From a virus: 64,000 bases of DNA. A program made the position numbers and the translations under genes. Numbering within the stretch: the stretch's first letter is position 1; every line of letters starts with the position of its first letter. Shown here piece after piece: positions 10,147 through 20,530 of the stretch. The stretch is taken from IMG/VR virus record IMGVR_UViG_3300020048_000026, positions 1-64,000 of that record. One strand, 5' to 3'. The notes below the pieces were generated by a model, which saw only the letters and a list, made by a program, of their open reading frames with translations, had not been told where the DNA came from and ran no database searches.

Positions 10147-10470
10147 TCAATTATTTTTTAATAGTTCATCTATATATTTAATTTTATCTTTCCTAAATAA
10201 TTTATTTAGATTTTTGAGTTTTTCTTGTCTAATTTTTTGTTTTTGTTTTCTTCTAGTTTCAGGTGTATCATATTTAAAATCTATAAATCCAATACTAATT
10301 GATGGTGAAGAGCAAGGTTTAACTGCAACTAAATCTAATCCAATAGTTCTTGCTGCAACTTTCATTGCCATAGGTAATAAATTAAACGTATTTCCAATTG
10401 AATTTCCTGAATAATATGAATTTGATGTATTTCCTGATAATATAGATAACCATTGGTTAAAAGAACTCAT
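10147..10470 (-). CDS. Small protein containing a copy of a major capsid protein segment plus RxxKLxxL tail
   Basis: NLLPMAMKVAARTIGLDLVAVKPCSSP...FIDFKYD versus MCP NLLPVSMKIAAQTIGLDLVAVKPASSP...FVDFKYD. Confidence 0.85.
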   Translation of the reverse strand: MSSFNQWLSILSGNTSNSYYSGNSIGNTFNLLPMAMKVAARTIGLDLVAVKPCSSPSISIGFIDFKYDTPETRRKQKQKIRQEKLKNLNKLFRKDKIKYIDELLKNN

Positions 10471-10946
10471 TCATTTTCTCTCATTTTCTTAATTGTATCT
10501 TCATCATAAAAATGATAAATCAAATTTGCTAATGCTTGTCCAGTTTTTTCATTTTTTATTTCTGTTTGAATTTTTTCTCTTAAGTCTTGAAAACTTGTTA
10601 CATCATATTTGTTTTCCGTGAGTAGAGAATGAAATTTACAAGGATATATTTTTTCATATGTGTAAATTACTTCAAAAGCTGGTATTCTATATCCATAAAA
10701 TTCTGATTCATATTGTGTTTTTCTTTTTACTTTATCTGATTTTGGTACTGTTATAAAAAAACTAATTTTTGTGATTAGTATGTATGATTGTTCTATTGTA
10801 GGAACTATATCATAACTCAATAAATTATCGGTATCTTTTTCTAAGAGAATTCCATATTCTTCAAATATTCTTTGTGGAAGATTTTTTTCATATTCTTCAA
10901 AAGATCCAAGACTATCGTCCCAAAATTTCCATGTTTTATTTTCCAT
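10467..10946 (-). CDS. Hypothetical protein
   Basis: ORF overlapping its neighbours in the operon. Confidence 0.6.
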   Translation of the reverse strand: MENKTWKFWDDSLGSFEEYEKNLPQRIFEEYGILLEKDTDNLLSYDIVPTIEQSYILITKISFFITVPKSDKVKRKTQYESEFYGYRIPAFEVIYTYEKIYPCKFHSLLTENKYDVTSFQDLREKIQTEIKNEKTGQALANLIYHFYDEDTIKKMRENE

Positions 10947-11298
10947 AATCTAAAAGTTTTGTTATTTTTACTAAATTGGTGTAGGCTAATATTTCTGATT
11001 TGTTATAATCTCCAGCGAGTTCACTACCATATGTTTCTACTAATGTTCTACACATTTTTTGCTGTATTTCATGTTCAATTTCAGCAAGTGTTATATGATT
11101 TAAAATTTCCTCTCTAAAGTTATTTGCTATAATTATCTTTAAGTCTTCTGATAGTTTTTTATAGATTTGACTTTTTGCACTTAATGAGGGTAAAATTGAA
11201 AACCATTTTTTTGCTACACTTTCTTCATAATCTTTTTCTGCTTGTATGTGATTATCATACGATTCTGAGTATAAGTTAAATATATCTTCATATATCAT
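10936..11298 (-). CDS. Hypothetical protein
   Basis: ORF in operon. Confidence 0.55.
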   Translation of the reverse strand: MIYEDIFNLYSESYDNHIQAEKDYEESVAKKWFSILPSLSAKSQIYKKLSEDLKIIIANNFREEILNHITLAEIEHEIQQKMCRTLVETYGSELAGDYNKSEILAYTNLVKITKLLDYGK

Positions 11299-11315
11299 AT
11301 TTTATTAATTATTTT

Positions 11316-12260
11316 TTATTTCTTTAATATTTCTTTAATGTCAGTTACATAAGATATTAAATGTATGATTGGATCTATTGTATCTGTATATTTTTCATTA
11401 TAAGATTTTTGTATATTGATTAAGGTTGCGCCTTGTTTTATTAAATTTGGATTATCAATATTTATTAATCTGTTAAAAAGAGGTCTACCTAATGCTTTCA
11501 TTAATTCCAATGGATTATCTTGAAAATTATTCATAACATAAGTATAATTTTCTTGAATATTATTTTTTCCATCCATCATAAAATCAAAAATATCATTGTA
11601 GCCAGAAGAACTAATATTTTTAAATTGTTCTTTATTATCGGTTATAAAAACTTCTTGTAATTTTTGTGTAGCACTTCTTAAATCTGGAAAACTTAATGCT
11701 ATGATTTTTTTGATTTCTTCATCAGAAATTGTCATTTTTATTTTTGTGGCAATTGCTTTTAAGTATTTTAAATACATAGTTTGAAGATAATCAACTTCTT
11801 CCTTTGTTTTCGGATCAAAATCAACTCTAGTAAATCTGGATATTATTTTTGGATCAATTTTTTGAATGTAATTTGTTGTTAATATAAATCTTACATGTTG
11901 ATATCTATCTGAAAAACCTTTCATTGCTTTTTGATATTCATCAGATACACCATCAAATTCATCAAGAAATATAGTTTTTTGAGCATCTTTGCCCATAAAT
12001 GGATTTAGACTTTTACAATGTTTTTTTAATTGGTCTCTTAAGATATTGACACCAGTATCATCAGATGCATTATATTCTATGCTGTCTGTGTCTTTAATTA
12101 AAATTTTTCCTAATGTTGTTTTACCAGTACCCGCACTATCACTATAAAAAATCATATTTACCTTCAACCCATCTTTAATGAGTTCTCTGATTCTTGGTAA
12201 GAGTATGATTGTACCTAAACTTTTTGGTTGGTATTTATACCAAAACATATCATTTTTCAT
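11316..12260 (-). CDS. gp44: Clamp loader AAA+ subunit (T4 gp44/RFC-like)
   Basis: KYQPK, Walker A AGTGKTT, NASD, Walker B FLDEFD, SRF, FPDLR. Confidence 0.92.
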   Translation of the reverse strand: MKNDMFWYKYQPKSLGTIILLPRIRELIKDGLKVNMIFYSDSAGTGKTTLGKILIKDTDSIEYNASDDTGVNILRDQLKKHCKSLNPFMGKDAQKTIFLDEFDGVSDEYQKAMKGFSDRYQHVRFILTTNYIQKIDPKIISRFTRVDFDPKTKEEVDYLQTMYLKYLKAIATKIKMTISDEEIKKIIALSFPDLRSATQKLQEVFITDNKEQFKNISSSGYNDIFDFMMDGKNNIQENYTYVMNNFQDNPLELMKALGRPLFNRLINIDNPNLIKQGATLINIQKSYNEKYTDTIDPIIHLISYVTDIKEILKK

Positions 12261-12398
12261 TGTAATATTTTTATTTCTTTAATATATTATTTATTATCTA
12301 ATTTGTTTAGATTTGTTTAAAAAAGAAAAACACCATCCGTAGATGGTGTCTTCTTCTTAACAACTATGAATTGATTAAAGGACTTGTTAGCCCTATTA

Positions 12399-12662
12399 TT
12401 ATAGGTTATTTAACTTTAAAAGTTTCTTTTTTCTTTCTTTTTTTACAGATATTAAAAAGTTTATGTTTATCTTATTACCAGAGTTTTCTGGTAAATTTCT
12501 ATCTAAAATCACAACATTATCATTTTCAAGTCCTACAACAGTAAAAATTTCAGTAGAATACCATTTTGGATAGACAGTTTTGATAATTGGTAAACTTTTT
12601 TGCCAATTAAATCTTGATTCTTTTTCATTTATTTTTACTTTATCTCCAATTTTGAATCTCAT
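12399..12662 (-). CDS. Hypothetical (KIGDKV SH3-like start) with RxxKLxxL tail
   Basis: Ends ERKKKLLKLNNL. Confidence 0.6.
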   Translation of the reverse strand: MRFKIGDKVKINEKESRFNWQKSLPIIKTVYPKWYSTEIFTVVGLENDNVVILDRNLPENSGNKININFLISVKKERKKKLLKLNNL

Positions 12663-12943
12663 TTTGATAATTTTTTTAATTTTATTGCTCTTAGTGTTTG
12701 TTTATCAGTTATTTCTATTATTTCTAAAATATTAAAATGTAGAAATTGTTTTGTTGGATCTATATCATTTTTAATTCGTTGAATTGAATTTTCACAACTT
12801 TTTTTGTATCTCCAAAATTTTGCCTTTTTTTTGAATCTAGTTTTGGTATAATAGCAACCGATACTGTTTTGATATATTTCCTTGATATACCAAATATTTC
12901 CAAATTCATCTACTTTTATGATAAATTTTCTTTTACATTCCAT
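12659..12943 (-). CDS. Hypothetical with RxxKLxxL tail
   Basis: Ends LRAIKLKKLSK. Confidence 0.55.
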   Translation of the reverse strand: MECKRKFIIKVDEFGNIWYIKEIYQNSIGCYYTKTRFKKKAKFWRYKKSCENSIQRIKNDIDPTKQFLHFNILEIIEITDKQTLRAIKLKKLSK

Positions 12944-13009
12944 TATATAAAAATAATCATTTTGGTATAAACTAAAAAATTATATATAGAAATAAATAAA
13001 AAAAGTTTT

Positions 13010-13843
13010 ATGCATATAGATGATGATTATAATTATGACGATAATTTTGTGAGAATGGCTACAATAGGAATATGTAAAGTTTTCACAACTAAAGTAAGAT
13101 GGATAAACCGTTGGAGTGATGGTAAAAAAACAAGAGTTTTAATTCCATTTTATACACCTTTTGCTGGTCAAGAAAGATTTGTATTAGATGCTTTTGTTGA
13201 TGATACAGTTAGTACTAGAGTTGAATTAAATACTGATCAAAAACAAAGAGGAGTGATAACTTTTAAAGGTGGTTCTCAAAGAGATGATGAATTTGCTAAT
13301 CCAAATCAATATCTATCAAAAGAAACTAAATTAAATAATGATTTTAGAGCAATTGTAAGTAGAACAAGAGCAGTTCCAATATCATTAAATTATGATGTTC
13401 AAATTAGATTAGATAATGAATGGGAAGCTGATACTTGTTATACAAAAGTATTAGATGTTTTTCATAATTATAGATTTTTTAGTATTAGTTATTTTGGGTT
13501 AAAAATAGATGCATTTTTCAAATTACCTACTGATACTGGTATAGAATTACCTAGAGAAATTAATTTAGGTTCTGATGGAACTATAAGCATGAAATTTTCA
13601 TTAGAAATTAATACATACTATCCTATATTTGAAGTTAATACAGATGATTATGAAATTTGTGATAATGATGATCAAATTGATTGGACTTTCCTTGATGTTC
13701 CAAGACCTGATGGTGAAACAACACCACCAACTGAACTAAAGAGAGTTTGGTGGTATAATAATTTAATTGAGGGTAAATCTAAAGAACAAATGATACAAGC
13801 AAGACAGGATTATAGAAATGAAAATATTCAAAATTTAGAATAA
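13010..13843 (+). CDS. T4 gp15-like tail terminator/sheath stabiliser
   Basis: IPFY..GQERF, AVPISLNYDVQIR; size and late context. Confidence 0.6.
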   Translation: MHIDDDYNYDDNFVRMATIGICKVFTTKVRWINRWSDGKKTRVLIPFYTPFAGQERFVLDAFVDDTVSTRVELNTDQKQRGVITFKGGSQRDDEFANPNQYLSKETKLNNDFRAIVSRTRAVPISLNYDVQIRLDNEWEADTCYTKVLDVFHNYRFFSISYFGLKIDAFFKLPTDTGIELPREINLGSDGTISMKFSLEINTYYPIFEVNTDDYEICDNDDQIDWTFLDVPRPDGETTPPTELKRVWWYNNLIEGKSKEQMIQARQDYRNENIQNLE

Positions 13844-13948
13844 TTTTTTTCAAAAACTATTCAAAAAACTCATTTTGACAAAAAATGAGTTTTTTTTGTT
13901 AATATATAAACTCATAAATGAACTTTAAAATAAAAAAAACTGCAAGAT

Positions 13949-14158
13949 ATGGAAAGAATTAAAATGTTTGAAAATTATAATGATAACAAATGTGATGCAA
14001 ATTTGTTAATTTTCCATAGAAAAACAGGAGAATATAGACTTATTGTAAAACTTACATCTTCATCTGGATCTGTATTTAATACAGATGGTACTACAATAGA
14101 TGAATCTACCGCAAAAAAATTAATTAATGAATTTGGTGCAAAAGTTGAAGAACGATAA
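13949..14158 (+). CDS. Small hypothetical with CTS-like leader (MERIKMFE)
   Basis: Shared leader; TATATA motif upstream. Confidence 0.55.
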   Translation: MERIKMFENYNDNKCDANLLIFHRKTGEYRLIVKLTSSSGSVFNTDGTTIDESTAKKLINEFGAKVEER

Positions 14159-14216
14159 TTAATTGCACTAAAAATAAAAAAACTGCAAGACACAGTACAA
14201 AAAATAAAAAAAGAAT

Positions 14217-15503
14217 ATGAAAAATTTGAAGTATGACCTATTTAATTTCAAAAAAGATTTACCTATTGAAGATTTTGAATTAAACGTAATTGTTGAAAGA
14301 TTTATTAACAATTTTGATAAATTCTCAGAAAAAGAACTTGTTAGTTCACTTAAAGAAACTCTTACTCCATTTAGTTGGGATTTAAAAGTAAAGAGGTTAG
14401 TAGAAGGTTTAGAAGATGAAATTAAGAGCGAGCCTGTTAATTACAATTTAAAAGACTTGTACAAAAAAATTGAAAGAAAAAATTATGGACAAATGTATCG
14501 TCCAGCATTGAATTCAATTCTTAATATTATTAATATTCAAGATAATGATTCAAAAATGTCATCAATTCTTAATGAGTTGGTTATTCACGATTGGATTCCT
14601 GAAGTTAAATTATTTTTAACAGGATATATGAATAATCCAATTCAAAGACAAAATTTAGTTAATTCAGGTAAGGCTTCAAAGGTTTTCACTTTAGTTGAAA
14701 AAGTAGAAGAAGGTAATTTAGTTTTTATGAAAGATCGTTGGTTTTTAATTACTCCTGATGAAGTTAAACAAACACTTGTTGAGAATCATATTAAGGATGT
14801 TGAAAAGATCAGAGAATTTAGAATTTTAGAAAAAGTTATGACTATTGGTGATATTAAAGATGATATGATTTCATTTAGATTAGATGAAAATTTAGTTTTA
14901 AGTATATCAACCAAGAATGATAAAGAAGTATTCTTAAATGAAGAAAAATTAGACAAAGAAACTACATTAGAAAATTTATTTAATTCAAAGATTATTCCTT
15001 GGTTAAAGAAAGATTATTATGTTTTATCAACAACTGCCGCTCAAAATATTGATAAATTTGTAGATTTAGATATTGCTTTAAAGGTAGAAAATTCTTTACA
15101 CCCAAATTTAGAAACTTATGTTATTAATTACAATGATAAAATGTATGTTTATAACAAAGATGCAAGAACAGGTACAGCTTTCTATGAATATAATTCAGCA
15201 AATGATTTAATTAACGATGTTCAAAGAGAATTAGATTATGATTTAACGAAATTCTTAGACAATAAACTTTCAAAGGAAATTAAACATTTAAGAACATTAG
15301 AAGATAAGGAAATGGAAATTAAAGAAGGAATCAAACAAATTGATGAAGGTTTAGCTTTATTAAAGGAGAATGAGGATTTAGTTAATGGAGATCCAAATTT
15401 GAAGAAAATTTTTAATGACTTATTAATTTCAAAACATGAACTTTATGAAAATTTAAAACAAATTAAAGAAGATAAAGTTAAGGCAAAAAGAATGATTATA
15501 TAA
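14217..15503 (+). CDS. Hypothetical protein with C-terminal coiled coil, possibly head-associated
   Basis: Long clean ORF, multiple LxE sites, followed by a terminator. Confidence 0.55.
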   Translation: MKNLKYDLFNFKKDLPIEDFELNVIVERFINNFDKFSEKELVSSLKETLTPFSWDLKVKRLVEGLEDEIKSEPVNYNLKDLYKKIERKNYGQMYRPALNSILNIINIQDNDSKMSSILNELVIHDWIPEVKLFLTGYMNNPIQRQNLVNSGKASKVFTLVEKVEEGNLVFMKDRWFLITPDEVKQTLVENHIKDVEKIREFRILEKVMTIGDIKDDMISFRLDENLVLSISTKNDKEVFLNEEKLDKETTLENLFNSKIIPWLKKDYYVLSTTAAQNIDKFVDLDIALKVENSLHPNLETYVINYNDKMYVYNKDARTGTAFYEYNSANDLINDVQRELDYDLTKFLDNKLSKEIKHLRTLEDKEMEIKEGIKQIDEGLALLKENEDLVNGDPNLKKIFNDLLISKHELYENLKQIKEDKVKAKRMII

Positions 15504-15516
15504 TTTTTGAGATACT

Positions 15517-15547
15517 AAAAGGGTCTCATGAAAGTGAGACCCTTTTT
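15517..15547 (+). terminator. Intrinsic terminator
   Basis: aaaagggtctcat gaaa gtgagaccctttt. Confidence 0.85.
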
Positions 15548-15755
15548 GCATTTTAAAATATTTTTTCTTAAAAGACCAATAAATATTATAAACTTTTAAA
15601 TCCTAAGCATATATAACAATTATTGGCTATTTTTATTTAGTCTAAATAAAAATAAGATTTTTTCTTTTATTCATAGGCTTTCCAGAGGTTATCACAACAA
15701 ATCACATATTTTATAGGCTTTTGAGATTTAAACTCCCAAAAAATAACAAATAAGT

Positions 15756-16130
15756 ATGGCAAGATACGTAGATGATACCGATTTCTACTATGAAATAATC
15801 ATTTCAAAAGGAAAAGGTAAATTAACTAAAAAATCCGAAAGGATGATGATTAAAATTGGCGAAGAAATGATTAAAAAATTTGAAAGAAAATATAAAACGC
15901 CTGATGATAAATATGATTGTATGCAACAAGGTATTTTAATGATGTTTCAAAATTGGCAAGGTTTTAATGAAAAAAAATATTCCTCAGCGTTTCCATATTT
16001 TTCGGAAATTTGTAAAAGAGGTATAGCAGGTGGATTAAATGTTATTTATCAGAAAAAAAATAATCAAGAATCACCAAAAATGATAAGTTTGAGTCACTCA
16101 AATGAAGGTAAAGGACTTCATAATATATAA
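15756..16130 (+). CDS. gp55: T4 gp55-like late sigma factor
   Basis: YVDD.DF start, DCMQQGIL, FNEKK.SSAFPYFSEIC resembling gp55 F..EK..NPFAYFTQI. Confidence 0.75.
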   Translation: MARYVDDTDFYYEIIISKGKGKLTKKSERMMIKIGEEMIKKFERKYKTPDDKYDCMQQGILMMFQNWQGFNEKKYSSAFPYFSEICKRGIAGGLNVIYQKKNNQESPKMISLSHSNEGKGLHNI

Positions 16131-16180
16131 ACAACAGTTTTACTGTTGTTTTTTCATTTTAAAAAAATAATATATAAGTC

Positions 16181-16462
16181 ATGGCTTTAAGAGATTGGGT
16201 TAGACATGAAGGTAATATTGAATCAACTCCTTCACCTTCACCACCACATACATATGGAAATGATGAAACTTTTATTATGTTAGTAAGAGATATTCAATTT
16301 CAGGATGTACATTCAGGAGCATATAATAGATTTCCAACCTTATATGATGTAGCTTCCGCAAATGCTGGTCGCAATTATATTCCAGTAACAGATAACACGA
16401 AATTGATTCAGGATCCACCAAATCCTGCTTTAATTAATTCTTTCAGAAAAAATAATTCTTAA
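16181..16462 (+). CDS. Hypothetical protein
   Basis: ORF after a TATATA motif. Confidence 0.6.
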   Translation: MALRDWVRHEGNIESTPSPSPPHTYGNDETFIMLVRDIQFQDVHSGAYNRFPTLYDVASANAGRNYIPVTDNTKLIQDPPNPALINSFRKNNS

Positions 16463-16465
16463 GAT

Positions 16466-16639
16466 ATGTTATTAACACATGAGTTAAATCAAAAAATTGA
16501 ATTTGCTAGAGAATTGTATAGTCTTAAATTTTTGAATGAAAAATTGGAAGATGAAGATGACAAAAAACTTAGAAAAGAAAAGTTAAATAAATTGCTAGGA
16601 GAAACTTCAGATGACAAAAAATCGTTCAAGACCAAATAG
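16466..16639 (+). CDS. 57-aa protein with RxxKLxxL motif (not in ORF track)
   Basis: MLLTHELNQK...DKKLRKEKLNKLLGE...; fills the gap between two genes. Confidence 0.6.
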   Translation: MLLTHELNQKIEFARELYSLKFLNEKLEDEDDKKLRKEKLNKLLGETSDDKKSFKTK

Positions 16640-17117
16640 AAGATATAAGCAGGGTAAATATCTTCTTCAAAATTCAGAAAAATATTTAGGTAATCCTAGT
16701 GAAATTATTTATCGTAGTTCATGGGAACATGCTTTTTGTAGATTTTGTGATATAAATCAAAATGTTAGAAGATGGAGTGCAGAGGGTTTGGTAATTCCTT
16801 ATCAAATTACAAATGATAAAAATCAAGTTGAAAATCATAGATATTATCCAGATTTTTATCTTGAGATGATTACTAATGGAGATTCAGAAAAATATGATAG
16901 AGTTGTTATAGAAATAAAACCTAAAGCTGAAACTAATCCACCAAAGGCACCTCAAAAGCAAACATTAAAAATGTTAGAAAATTATGAATATTCTTTGCGA
17001 ACATATAAGAAGAATTTACATAAATGGGCATTCACAAAAGATTGGTGTGAAAAAAGAAATATAAAATTTATAATTATAACTGAGGATGATCTCAGAAAGA
17101 AAGGTTTGATTCCTTAA
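16611..17117 (+). CDS. gp4: T4 gp4-like head completion nuclease (TnsA-like)
   Basis: YRSSWE..FC..CD, W.AE...IPY, HRYYPDF, EIKP, KW. Confidence 0.88.
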   Translation: MTKNRSRPNRRYKQGKYLLQNSEKYLGNPSEIIYRSSWEHAFCRFCDINQNVRRWSAEGLVIPYQITNDKNQVENHRYYPDFYLEMITNGDSEKYDRVVIEIKPKAETNPPKAPQKQTLKMLENYEYSLRTYKKNLHKWAFTKDWCEKRNIKFIIITEDDLRKKGLIP

Positions 17118-17127
17118 TATATACATC

Positions 17128-17889
17128 ATGAATTTTTTAGAAGAAGTAACCGCACTTTTTGGTCAATACAAGCAAAATATTAAAGTAATTAGAGATGAAT
17201 CAACTTTAGAGTTGTTTACTTATATTTTAAAAGGACCTAGTACACAAGTTAGAAAAGTAGATCTAAAAGAAGTTCAAATAGGAAAATTTTATATTATTCA
17301 ATATAATTATAATGGTAATAAATTATGGTGTCCAATATTAACTATACCACCAGTTCCAAATAAGAATGAGACTGGAATATTGGAAAGGCAATTAAAAATT
17401 GTAAATATTAAAAGTATTCTATATGCAGTTAATTTTGATTATCTACCAATAAAATATAAAGCATTTTTAATTGATGCTATTATTAAAAATAATAAGGATA
17501 AATATAGTAAAAATTCAGATAAAATATCAAGTGGTGGAAAATTAAGAGATGAATCTAATTTTAATGTAACTTGGATATACAATTTTTTAAAAGTAAATGC
17601 AAATAAAAATTATGCCATTACAGCATATGATATTTCTAAAATCTTAAATGTATTTGAGGTATCTTCAACTATATTACATAGATTTGTTTTTTTGGACACT
17701 TATTATATCAATAAGAGATTGATGTATGAAACTTTGGAGAATATTCAGAATGAAAAATTGAGAATGGATTTTTCAAAAAAAGTGAAAATTTACGATGAAA
17801 TATTGAAAATTTACGAAAAAGATGTAGAGGCTTTCTATAAATCATTGAGAAATTTTGAGCAAAATCTTAAATTAATTGATGAATTATAA
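17128..17889 (+). CDS. T4 gp2-like DNA end protector
   Basis: GKFY...Y and AVNFDYLP resembling gp2 GLNLHYLP; next to gp4. Confidence 0.5.
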   Translation: MNFLEEVTALFGQYKQNIKVIRDESTLELFTYILKGPSTQVRKVDLKEVQIGKFYIIQYNYNGNKLWCPILTIPPVPNKNETGILERQLKIVNIKSILYAVNFDYLPIKYKAFLIDAIIKNNKDKYSKNSDKISSGGKLRDESNFNVTWIYNFLKVNANKNYAITAYDISKILNVFEVSSTILHRFVFLDTYYINKRLMYETLENIQNEKLRMDFSKKVKIYDEILKIYEKDVEAFYKSLRNFEQNLKLIDEL

Positions 17890-18222
17890 ATTATATTTTA
17901 ATGCAGCAAGTTTTGTTTTTAATTCATTTGCTTTTTCATCAGATGCGATATTTATTTGATCAGGTTTAGTATGTGCAAATACCACAAGTTGATTTTTTTC
18001 AATATGAGATATTTCTATTGGTTGAATATTTTTTGCTTTTGCTCTTATTGGATATCCTCGTCTATCATACGCTGTATAATAATACTTTATGTCAGTTATT
18101 AAAAACACATCATCACTAATATATTTATTCTTATCATTGAATTCAACAATATCATCTATTTCAAATTTAAAATTAGCATACTCCATTGGTTTAATTTCTT
18201 CAAAATTTCTTAAATATTTCAT
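17884..18222 (-). CDS. Hypothetical, CTS-like leader (MKYLRNFEE) and KYNL C-terminus
   Basis: Shared terminal motifs; own TATATA motif. Confidence 0.6.
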   Translation of the reverse strand: MKYLRNFEEIKPMEYANFKFEIDDIVEFNDKNKYISDDVFLITDIKYYYTAYDRRGYPIRAKAKNIQPIEISHIEKNQLVVFAHTKPDQINIASDEKANELKTKLAALKYNL

Positions 18223-18256
18223 ATTTTATATATTAAAAAATGGAACTGAATATTTT

Positions 18257-18264
18257 AATATATA
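18257..18264 (+). promoter_or_regulatory. Putative late promoter (AATATATA) of the portal gene
   Basis: The same motif sits 10-60 nt before most structural genes. Confidence 0.55.
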
Positions 18265-18283
18265 ATAAAAATTAAGTAATAAA

Positions 18284-20059
18284 ATGGCAACATATAATAG
18301 ATATCAACAACCTAATTCTATGTACGATTTCGGTAAAGGAAGCGTAGGTAGAAGCTACGGAAATAAATTATTGAGGAAACTTAGTAATTTTGGAATGGAC
18401 GATCAAGAAATGGTTGTTAAAAATAGTCAAGCAATCGGTGCTTTTCAAGATACCACAAATTTATTGTATGAGCCAGGTACTAATATGTATGATTTATTTA
18501 CAAAAAAAGTAATATCTAAAATATTAGAAAAAAAATCAATTGCATATTTAGATAGAAGATATTTGGATAAAAGAAAAATATTACATCAATATGCAATAAA
18601 AGAAGAAATTAAAGATTATGTTACAAGAATATCAGAAGAAGCAATTAATTATGATGATGATAATTATTTTGGACATGTAACTGATATTCCAGATAATTAC
18701 GATCAATCAATAAGAGTAAAATATCAAGAAAATTTTAGAAAAATTTATAATTCTTTTGGCTTCAACGATGGATTAACTGCTTGGAATTATATGAAAACCT
18801 TTTTAATTGATGGTTTTTTGGCATTTGAAATAGTATATGACGATAATCAAAAAAATATTATAAGTCTTAATTTATTAGATCCTTTAACATTAATTGTTGC
18901 TGCTGAACCAGGTACTGGTACAGTTGTTTGGATTCAAAATCCAGATATACCACAATTAAGAAGAGTGCTTTTAGATGCAAATATTATTTATATTTCTTAC
19001 TCAAATAATTTAGATTACGATGAAACAAGTTATGTTGAAGGACTTATAAAACCATATAATCAATTAAAATTATTAGAATTTACAAAATTAATGTACAATT
19101 TAAATCAAGCTTCAATTTATAAGAAGTTTGTTATTCCAGTTAATGGATTGACTCGTCAACAAGCAGAACAACAAATACAACAATTGATGAGTGAATATCA
19201 TGAAGATATTGAATGGGATGATAGAACAGGTGTACCATATATTAATGGTTCAACTAAAATTCCACATTCAAAAGATTATTGGTTTCCATCATCAGAAACT
19301 GGTACTCCAGAAATGACAATTGAGCAACCACAACAAGCAGAATTAAATGAAGATGTTACACTTCAATGGTTTTATAAGAGTTTTAAGAGGGCATCAAAAA
19401 TGCCATTCTCAAGATTAGATGAGGATCAAGGTGGTGGTAATTTCTATGATGATACCGCTTCAATTACAATGGATGAAATAAGATTCAAAAACTTTGTTAA
19501 TCGTTTGAGAACTTTATTCAAAGAGATATTAGTTAAGCCTTTAAAAATCCAAATGGTTTTAGATTTTCCTGAATTAGAAGAAGATAGATTATTTGATAGT
19601 TTTATCAAAGTAGTTTTCAATTCAAATGACTTATTTGAAGAATGGAAATATTTAAATAATTTGGCAAAAAGAGCAGAAATAGCATCAACATTATCAAGTA
19701 ACTTGCAAGATGCTGAAGGAAAACCATATCTTAGTATAGAATGGATAGTTAGAAATATCATGAAATTTACTGATAAAGATATTGAATCTAATAATAAATT
19801 TAAAATGATGAGTGGATTAGCATCTCCTGGTGGTGGAGGTGGATTTGGTGGTGGAGGTGGTGAAATGGGTGGCGGAGCATTACCTGGTGGTGATATGGGT
19901 GGTGGAATGCCTGGTGGTGACATGGGTGGTGAAATGGGTGGCGCACAAGGTGGTGAAATGGGTGCACAAATGGGTGGACAAGCACAAATGGGCGGTGGTC
20001 AAGCACAAGGTGGTGGTCAAGCACAAGGTGGTCAAGCACAAGGTGGAGCACAATTTTAA
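18284..20059 (+). CDS. gp20: Portal protein (T4 gp20-like) with Gly/Met/Gln-rich tail
   Basis: FLIDG, KPYNQLKLLE, KDYWFP, SKMPFSRL, ITMDEIRFKNFVNRLR. Confidence 0.93.
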   Translation: MATYNRYQQPNSMYDFGKGSVGRSYGNKLLRKLSNFGMDDQEMVVKNSQAIGAFQDTTNLLYEPGTNMYDLFTKKVISKILEKKSIAYLDRRYLDKRKILHQYAIKEEIKDYVTRISEEAINYDDDNYFGHVTDIPDNYDQSIRVKYQENFRKIYNSFGFNDGLTAWNYMKTFLIDGFLAFEIVYDDNQKNIISLNLLDPLTLIVAAEPGTGTVVWIQNPDIPQLRRVLLDANIIYISYSNNLDYDETSYVEGLIKPYNQLKLLEFTKLMYNLNQASIYKKFVIPVNGLTRQQAEQQIQQLMSEYHEDIEWDDRTGVPYINGSTKIPHSKDYWFPSSETGTPEMTIEQPQQAELNEDVTLQWFYKSFKRASKMPFSRLDEDQGGGNFYDDTASITMDEIRFKNFVNRLRTLFKEILVKPLKIQMVLDFPELEEDRLFDSFIKVVFNSNDLFEEWKYLNNLAKRAEIASTLSSNLQDAEGKPYLSIEWIVRNIMKFTDKDIESNNKFKMMSGLASPGGGGGFGGGGGEMGGGALPGGDMGGGMPGGDMGGEMGGAQGGEMGAQMGGQAQMGGGQAQGGGQAQGGQAQGGAQF

Positions 20060-20074
20060 AAAATAAACAATAAG

Positions 20075-20527
20075 ATGAGTTTAGATAGAAGAATTGTAAC
20101 TATATTATTTCAAAACGGAATAGCAGATGTTACTAAAGTTGAAAAATTTCTCGGTGAGAAAGATAATTATTATGAAATAATAATTGATGGTGAACTTAAA
20201 AAACTTAGAATTCCAGGACATCAATATAAAGAAGTAAAAGAAATATTTACTGTTTTTGAAAAAGAAGAAGAAAAAGAAATAGAAAAAGAAATAGAAAAAG
20301 AACAGAAATATGAAGCGGATTTAGATACCTTTGAATCTAATGTAGAACCAATAAAAGAAAAACAAGTTTTTGAACAAAAATCATTTGAAGAAGAATTATT
20401 AGAGGCTGAAAAAGAAAGTAAAAAACTTGAACAATTATTTACAAAGACTGTTACTACAAAAGTCACAAAAACAAAAAAACCTAAGAAATTAGATGATGAT
20501 ATTGATGATTTTATCAATACAATTTAA
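20075..20527 (+). CDS. Acidic protein between portal and protease, positional analogue of T4 core proteins gp67/gp68
   Basis: Synteny and Glu/Lys-rich composition only. Confidence 0.4.
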   Translation: MSLDRRIVTILFQNGIADVTKVEKFLGEKDNYYEIIIDGELKKLRIPGHQYKEVKEIFTVFEKEEEKEIEKEIEKEQKYEADLDTFESNVEPIKEKQVFEQKSFEEELLEAEKESKKLEQLFTKTVTTKVTKTKKPKKLDDDIDDFINTI

Positions 20528-20530
20528 ATT

